From the human T2T-CHM13v2.0 reference genome, Homo sapiens: 64,000 nt of DNA. Position numbers and translations under genes: made by a program. The notes below the pieces were generated by a model. The model was not told the origin of the DNA, did no database searches, and was given only the letters and a program-made list of their open reading frames with translations. The stretch is from the NCBI RefSeq assembly GCF_009914755.1, contig NC_060947.1; one strand, written 5' to 3'. How positions within the stretch are numbered: the stretch's first letter is position 1; the number at the start of each line of letters is the position of its first letter. Of the stretch, positions 57,991 to 64,000 are shown one piece after another.

Positions 57991-58559
57991 TCAGGGCTCC
58001 TCTAAGTATCCATTGGCTCCAGTTTGAAATCTCAGTATCCATTGGCTCAATGACTTTCATGCTGTTTTGTAAGGAAAAGGCTCTTCTGAAAACACTTCTG
58101 TGCTAGGTCCATGGTGTATGATCTAGGAACCAACCTGCTATCACTTATCATCATGACAGGGCTCGATAGAAAAGAAAAATTATGACAGGAATCTGCGTGT
58201 AAATCTTCAATAGAAAACCAGAGTCTGTCCATTTGGACCCAACAAGAGAAAGGGATGGTTTAAACTCAAGGTTTTTATGATGCCATGACCCAGAGTGAAT
58301 GTGTGTATGTGCTTGTGTGGAGGGTGTGGGGAGAAAGCCCATTTCAGTACACACATGTCCCCCATAGGTCTTCGGTTCCTCCCCCACATTCTCCAGCTGC
58401 TCCTGTTCCTCTCAATTAGACAAGCTTACTTGGGTGGCCCTGGGGCAATGACCCCAAAGCCTCAGTGCCAAACTGTTTAAGTTCACAATTAACTGAGACC
58501 CATCTCTGCAGAGGAGACCAGACTGCTGCCCCTAACCTAACAGCAGCTCACAGTTTCAA

Positions 58560-58775
58560 GCACTAGCTGTGTGCCAGCAGTGCGATTATTACGGACATAC
58601 TGCTCTCCCTTTAATCCTCCAAACAACCCCAGAAGGGTCTATTACCCTTTCTGCATTTGACCAGTGCAGAAAGTGAAGCCCAGCCAAGCAAAAGTCACTT
58701 GCCCAAAGTCGCACAGCTAGTAGGGAGCAGAGCCAGGAGTTGAAAGCCCCCTTTGATCTACCTCCAGAGCGGACA
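58560..58775 (-). mobile_element. MIR SINE
   Basis: tttaatcctccaaacaacccc...aagtcacttgcccaaagtcgcacagctagtagggagcagagccagga. Confidence 0.75.
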
Positions 58776-59067
58776 CTATGACAGCGACACTGCCTCCCCG
58801 TGGAAACCAAAAGCAATAGCACACTCTTCACTGCACTGGGGGGAAATCTGGAGGATGAAGGTTCCAGAGAAGACAACAACAACAACAACAACAAAAAATC
58901 ACTGGCCCGTGTAAGGTCTACTCAGGGCAATCAAGAAAATCTGAATGGGGAATTAAGACAGCGAGATGTCTCAGTCCTCTGGACCCACCAGACCCAGAAC
59001 CCTATGAATAAAGGGGAGGCTGGGCCTCCTTGAGGAAGATGGCAGATAAAACCTCTCTCTCACTCAC

Positions 59068-59494
59068 CTATTCCCTCAGTTTCACAAGCTCTCTCTTTTA
59101 AAAGTCATACATATACTTTAAAAGAGTTACAGCTTCTTCACAGCTCGCCCGTTGCAGCTTCTGCACCCTGCTGTGGATGTCCTGGGACAGGATAGTCAGG
59201 AACTCCTCCAACACCAGCAACTCCAGAATCTGCTCCATGGAGCGCATCTCAGGCCAAAGTCACCCATGGCGAAACTCCCATGGCGAAACACCCATGGCGA
59301 AACTGCTGGTGTCCCGGGCACCAGCAGCCTCTTGGAAGCAGAACCCTCAGAAGCACAGGTGGGAGGCCGCCAAGCTAGACCTTGGGTCGGGCGGGAGCAG
59401 CAGGAGTTCTGGCTCCGGGCGTAGGAACTTCCATAGTTTCCCTCTCACAGGAGGGGAACCTTTTCCGCTCGCGGGAGCCCAGGCCAGACGCCAC
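59068..59494 (-). pseudogene. Decayed, unprocessed ZNF263-like exon 1 (SCAN domain) with retained splice donor
   Basis: Reads (V)ASGLGSRER..., [71 protein letters not shown]|gtgagt. Recalled ZNF263: MASGPGSQER...[74 protein letters not shown]. Confidence 0.85.
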
Positions 59495-60554
59495 CGTCAG
59501 GCTTCCAGACCACCTTGGCCCCGAAACCAGTTGTGCCCGCCGGCCAAGGCGCCCGGGGCCAGGAGAGAGAGATGATGGCTTCAGCAGGAGTCCGGCGTGC
59601 TCCGGTTTCAAGTTCCAGCCGGTGAGCCCAACTTTGGACCCGGCAGAGCTGTCTCCAGTAGCTTCGCCTCACTGGGCTTGGGACGCTGCAGCTCCTGTCC
59701 CCGTTTCGCTTCTACCAGGACCTCCGGGAGGCACAAAAGCAGGCAGCTTTCTCCTGTCTGTGTTGGACCCACGCAGGACTAGGCCCCCGGTCCACACGCA
59801 GAAAGTCCTAGCACGGAAGTTTGGCGTCCACAGACCAATTTGTCAGCTTAGGACCAACGTTAGGGCTGCGTTTCCCGAACGACACCATTGTATCAAGCGG
59901 CCATTGGATCAGGTCTAGCCACAATTCGCAGCTGACCAATCAGAAAAGAAAATTTGGCTCCAGGACGGGACCAGCGAGGGACCAATTGAAAGACAAGAGG
60001 CGGGGCCCGCAGGCAAACCTTAACCCCAGAGACCTCCGTGGCTGTTGAAGGCAGAGGGTAATGGGCGGGTTCGCTAGATCGAAGCTTAGGTCTTGAAGAT
60101 GGGGATACTAAAAAGCAAATCCAAAGCCACTGTGAACTGCAGGCGGACGACCGGAGTCAAAATCTCCAGGATGGTTTATTAAAATGCGAATCCCCGGGTT
60201 CCTGTGAGATTCAATGCGTCAGGGTAGCGGGTGGAGCCCCGAAATACGACTTTTTAACAAGCTCTCCCTACAAATTCTCCCCACACAGCCAGGTTTAAGA
60301 ATCACTGACCGGGTCGTAACAGATTTAAAGGTGGTCCCCACCCGCTCCAGTTACTCCAAGGCTCAAGGAGAAGCGCTCATTTGGATCACGACCCGGGGTT
60401 CGCCCCACCCAACACCCTGCGACTAAGAAGCGCTTAAACAGGAAACGGGAGCCCTTCCAAAACAGCTTGAGGCTGGTTGGAAGCCAGGAAGAGTCCCAGC
60501 CCCTCCCACGTCAGCATCCCTGTGGGCGCACAGCCCGGCGGGCGGCGTGTGGCC

Positions 60555-60572
60555 TGCCGGGAGATGTAGTCC
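60555..60572 (-). promoter_or_regulatory. ZNF143/THAP11-type ACTACAnnTCCC motif
   Basis: Reverse strand reads GGACTACATCTCCCGGCA, a motif known to be enriched at bidirectional promoters. Confidence 0.75.
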
Positions 60573-60574
60573 GT

Positions 60575-60642
60575 AGCGCAGTCCCGCGCCTGCGCCCTGG
60601 GCAGTTGCCGGTGAGCTTGGGAGAACCGTGGGCGCTGAGGCG
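60575..60642 (+). other. ZNF449: Probable ZNF449 non-coding exon 1 (5' end approximate)
   Basis: Consensus donor gcg|gtgagt at 60642/60643 inside the CpG island. Confidence 0.6.
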
Positions 60643-61819
60643 GTGAGTCCCCGAGCGGCCAGAGGGCGTGGCCGTTCCCTGGGGCGCGGGCGCGGGTAGC
60701 GGGGCTCCTTTCCGTGGCCGGGGCCATGCTAACTGGGTGATTCCAGCTGTGCCCCGGGCGGCGGGCGCCGGAAGGAGTGGTGGGCGGTGGGCCCCTATCC
60801 GGCCAGGGTCCCCGCCACCACTCCCTGCGACCCGACCGGGCCTTCCCGGGAGTCCTTCTGGGCTGGGAGCTCCCCTCCAGGCGTCGGGGCCTCGTCGCCC
60901 AAGAGCGAACAGGGGCCGCGCCCGAGACACTAGCATCCGAATTTGAATCAGCTTTTACACTTTTTAGGGACGTGTCACTCTTGCCGTTCCTCAAGTGCTC
61001 TCTTTACACACATCGCTTTTCTTATAGGCCCCATGAGGGTGGATTCCCTACGAGAAGGTTTGGAGAGAAATCACTGGTCCCACAGTGAAATGAACGTTTC
61101 TCTGGGAAGGGTCCATCGAAGGAAACCCGAAGGGTCAATTCCCTGGTAGACGTGGTGGAAGGTTTTGGGTCAGTCAGGGAAGGGCTGACCAGCTGTGAGG
61201 CTGGCGCAGATTAACGGGTGGGTCCAGAGCCAAAAACAGCACAGTTCCTGGATGCCCTCCAGCAACGGTTAGGTGCCTAGACTCTGGGAAATAGAGGCCC
61301 CCTAGGAATGACTCCTGACAAGCAATAAACTTTAATTGAGTGCTTCCTCTGTGCCGGGCATGCTGCTATTCGCTTCGCATGCAATTGGATCCATGCAGAA
61401 CATTTTATAAAGTAGATGCTATGATTATCTTCTGTTACAAAAGAGGCACTGGGTGTCAGGGTCACACAGCTAGCAGGTTATTATACCTAAACCGATCTGC
61501 TAAAGTCGGGCTACCATCATGGTAAAGGGGGATACAAGGACAGAGTGCTGATTTAGGTTGACTGGGGAGGAAGAGAGTCATGAGTACTTTTTTTCCCTTG
61601 AATCCCCTCCAGAGAAGAGGACAACTACAGCAGCTGTCTCAGCACATGCAGAGAGAGAGGACCCAAGGCACATGGGCAGATACAGGTCTTGAGACCTGTA
61701 GAAACATGTATGTGACTGTCTCTGTGACCTCAAAGACTATACCAAGAACATTTTGATGTTTTTAGACCTTTTGATTGCTGGAGAATATAGATTTTGACGT
61801 AATCACCATTTCCCTCTGG

Positions 61820-62010
61820 CATTTACCATGTGACCTTAGACATGTTGTTCAATCCCCCTAAGCCTCAAACCTCAATTCCCTCATCTGTATCCAGGGGATA
61901 ATACTAGTACCCAGCTCCTAACCTTGGGTGAGGGTTAACTGACAAGTATATGTAGAATGCTTAGAACAGTACCTGGCACATAGCATGAACTCAATAAATA
62001 TCCGTTGTTG
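61820..62010 (+). mobile_element. MIR/L2-tail SINE fragment
   Basis: tgtgaccttaga...ccctcatctgta...tgcttagaacagtacctggcacatag...ctcaataaata. Confidence 0.75.
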
Positions 62011-62922
62011 TGAATGCATAGCAAATTCCTAATGGCCTCCCTATTGCAGTGTATTTTTCACATAGGAGATCCTCTTGGAATGCTATGGTGGAGGGGAGTG
62101 GGGAAGGAATGGCATGGGGTTACTGGGGGAATTACGCAGACTCGGTGAGGACAAGAATGAGAGATGGACAATTTGCTGCCTTTGCAAACCATGGCTCTAC
62201 CTAAGTTCACTTTGGTCGAAGGCCATTAGGAGATACTTAAAGCTAGATGGACTTTCAGAGTTTTTTGGAAGTATTGTTAGTATTCCTTCGCCATTTCTTT
62301 TGAGATCTACATATATTCAGAAACACATGACAATTGGAATTAAACTGGGAATGGGTTAAATGCAAAGATCTATAAGGGTTCATTTATTAATAAATTCACG
62401 GTCCTTAGCCTGGGACCATGGAATTCTAGAGCAGAACTGTCCAATAGACCTTTTTGCAGTGAAGTCTATTAAGCATTTGAAATTTAGCTAATATTACTGA
62501 GAAACTAAATTTTTGACTAAACTTAAAGTGTCACATGGGGCTGTTGGCTACCATATTGGACAGCAAGCGCAATTCTAGAGGCTTTGAGATTTTATAAACT
62601 TTGAAACTAGATGCAGAAAAGGATGTGTATGTGTATTTTTCTAGGAAGTGAGTCTGAAGCTTTCATCAGATTCTCAAAACCAAGAGAAAAATAAAGAACT
62701 ACTTTAGGTCTTTGGTAAAAAAGAAGTTAACAGGTTCTTTGGTAAAAAAGAAGTTGACCGAGGTAAGTAAGCCCTCTTGTGACCACTCCTGTTTCTCCTT
62801 TCTCATTTTTTTCTGTCCTTAGCTGTAGGTGGCTCCCTCCCACCCCAACGATTTCAGAGAGAAACAAGTCGGAATCTGAGAAGTGAGGCTCCAGATAAAC
62901 TGTAAACTGCTGGAAGGGGGCG

Positions 62923-63276
62923 ATGGCTGTGGCCCTGGGTTGTGCAATCCAGGCATCCTTGAATCAAGGCTCTGTGTTTCAAGAATATGATACTGACTGT
63001 GAAGTTTTCCGTCAGCGCTTCAGGCAGTTCCAGTACAGAGAAGCAGCTGGGCCTCATGAAGCATTTAACAAACTCTGGGAGCTTTGCTGTCAATGGCTGA
63101 AGCCAAAGATGCGCTCTAAGGAACAAATCCTGGAGCTGCTAGTGTTGGAGCAATTCCTAACTATCCTGCCCACAGAGATAGAGACCTGGGTGAGGGAGCA
63201 CTGCCCAGAGAATAGAGAAAGAGTTGTGTCACTGATAGAAGACTTACAGAGAGAACTTGAGATACCAGAGCAGCAG
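62923..63276 (+). CDS. ZNF449: ZNF449 (ZSCAN19) first coding exon, SCAN domain; the rest of the gene lies beyond the window
   Basis: Acceptor ctgtccttag|62823. ATG in ggggcgATGg. [55 protein letters not shown]. Donor cag|gtaag at 63276 (118 codons). Confidence 0.93.
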
Positions 63277-63559
63277 GTAAGAAAAGAATGTGGGATCTTT
63301 GTGATTGGTCCAAAGGAAGTAGCTGAGGCAGCTGGGACTAGACCACACATTTGTCTCTATGTCATTCCCCAGCCTCAAGATTTCTCCAGAGTCCTCTTCC
63401 TTTTTCTCTTCTGCTGAACTCAGCAAATGAGTCAGTGCTTTTAACTCTATCAGACTCAATTCCCCTTCTATAACAAATAGTTTATAATGTCCACTTTACT
63501 ATGCACAAATGAAATTGATAGACAACATAATCTACCCACATACATCAACCCAAAGCATC

Positions 63560-63750
63560 AGTAAATTGCTCCATGGCCTGAAGGCCAATTCTAGCCATAC
63601 CCTGTTTATCTGTATACTCTGTATGTAATGGTTTTTTTATCTTGTTGAAAGGTCATTGAAAAAAAGAGGAAGGAGAAGAACTGACAGTGAATGTGCCCCA
63701 CAGTGCCTAAAATATTTACTATTTGGCTCTTTATAAAGTTTGCCAACCCT
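63560..63750. mobile_element. MER58-like hAT MITE
   Basis: ggccaattctagccat...cctaaaatatttactatttggctctttataaagtttgccaaccctg. Confidence 0.6.
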
Positions 63751-64000
63751 GAATCAAGTCTAGAAGGAATATAAAGGAAAAGAAACATAGTTTGTTATAA
63801 ATTGATAGGGATTTGTACATATATGTGCTTGGGCCTGACCGAATGTCATGAAGTTGTCAGATGTTTGCATCTATGCTTAGAATCATTGTGAATGGGACAG
63901 CCAGAAATTCAGACTGATAAAGCTCAAGTACTACGAACAGTGTTGCTCCTCGTCATGTGATTTTCCAAAATGGCATACGACTCTAGGTAAATCTGAACAA

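Larger units (their letters stand above)
59350..61000. promoter_or_regulatory. CpG-island bidirectional promoter (ZNF75D distal / ZNF449)
   Basis: High CpG density. CCAAT boxes at 59835, 59903 (rev), 59936 and 59982. GC boxes at about 59997-60005 and 60063-60069. Confidence 0.85.

Noticed and set aside
58190-58345. Possible fourth ETD cassette (catgacccagag followed by a GT-rich tract and ggggagaa)
   Set aside because: Weak similarity to the upstream part only. No ETD coding homology or acceptor follows, so it cannot be supported without alignment.
48500-58900. Downstream ZNF263 exons (KRAB-like, zinc fingers) expected after the exon 1 relic
   Set aside because: Searched by eye on the - strand and found no recognisable match. 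Probably deleted or too diverged.
60434-61088. ORFs of 92-186 aa on both strands
   Set aside because: CpG-island artefacts around ZNF449 exon 1/intron 1.
62706-62758. ~27-bp tandem duplication before the ZNF449 acceptor
   Set aside because: Ordinary short intronic duplication with no evident consequence.

Overview
Mammalian DNA that I recognise from its proteins as human Xq26.3, the ZNF75D-ETDC-ZNF449 locus. The complete 5-exon ZNF75D CDS (SCAN-KRAB-5xC2H2) is on the - strand and its exons sum to 1533 nt = 510 aa + stop. A CpG-island bidirectional promoter at about 59.4-61 kb drives ZNF449 (+, SCAN exon in the window) and probably the distal ZNF75D first exon. The ~45 kb in between is rich in L1, Alu, MIR, MaLR and ERV elements (solo LTR5, LTR12C, LTR6, ERV-L). 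Main observations beyond the expected genes: (1) three ETD-family microprotein loci, namely ETDC plus two paralogues I do not recognise as annotated. One has an intact strong-Kozak ATG and lies head-to-head with ETDC; the other has ACG at the start position. (2) A decayed TIGD7 copy (+, 12.9-14.4 kb) and a decayed unprocessed ZNF263 exon 1 (-, 59.1-59.5 kb), which with ZNF75D reproduce the ZNF263-TIGD7-ZNF75A order and orientation of 16p13.3 and imply an ancient block duplication. (3) A solo HML-2 LTR with a 17-bp target-site duplication. (4) A near-perfect MIR-derived hairpin split by an LTR12C. (5) Several fold-back scars and a decayed Glu/Gly-rich ORF. Gene names and repeat subfamilies come from recall, not database searches. 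Identity figures are hand counts.
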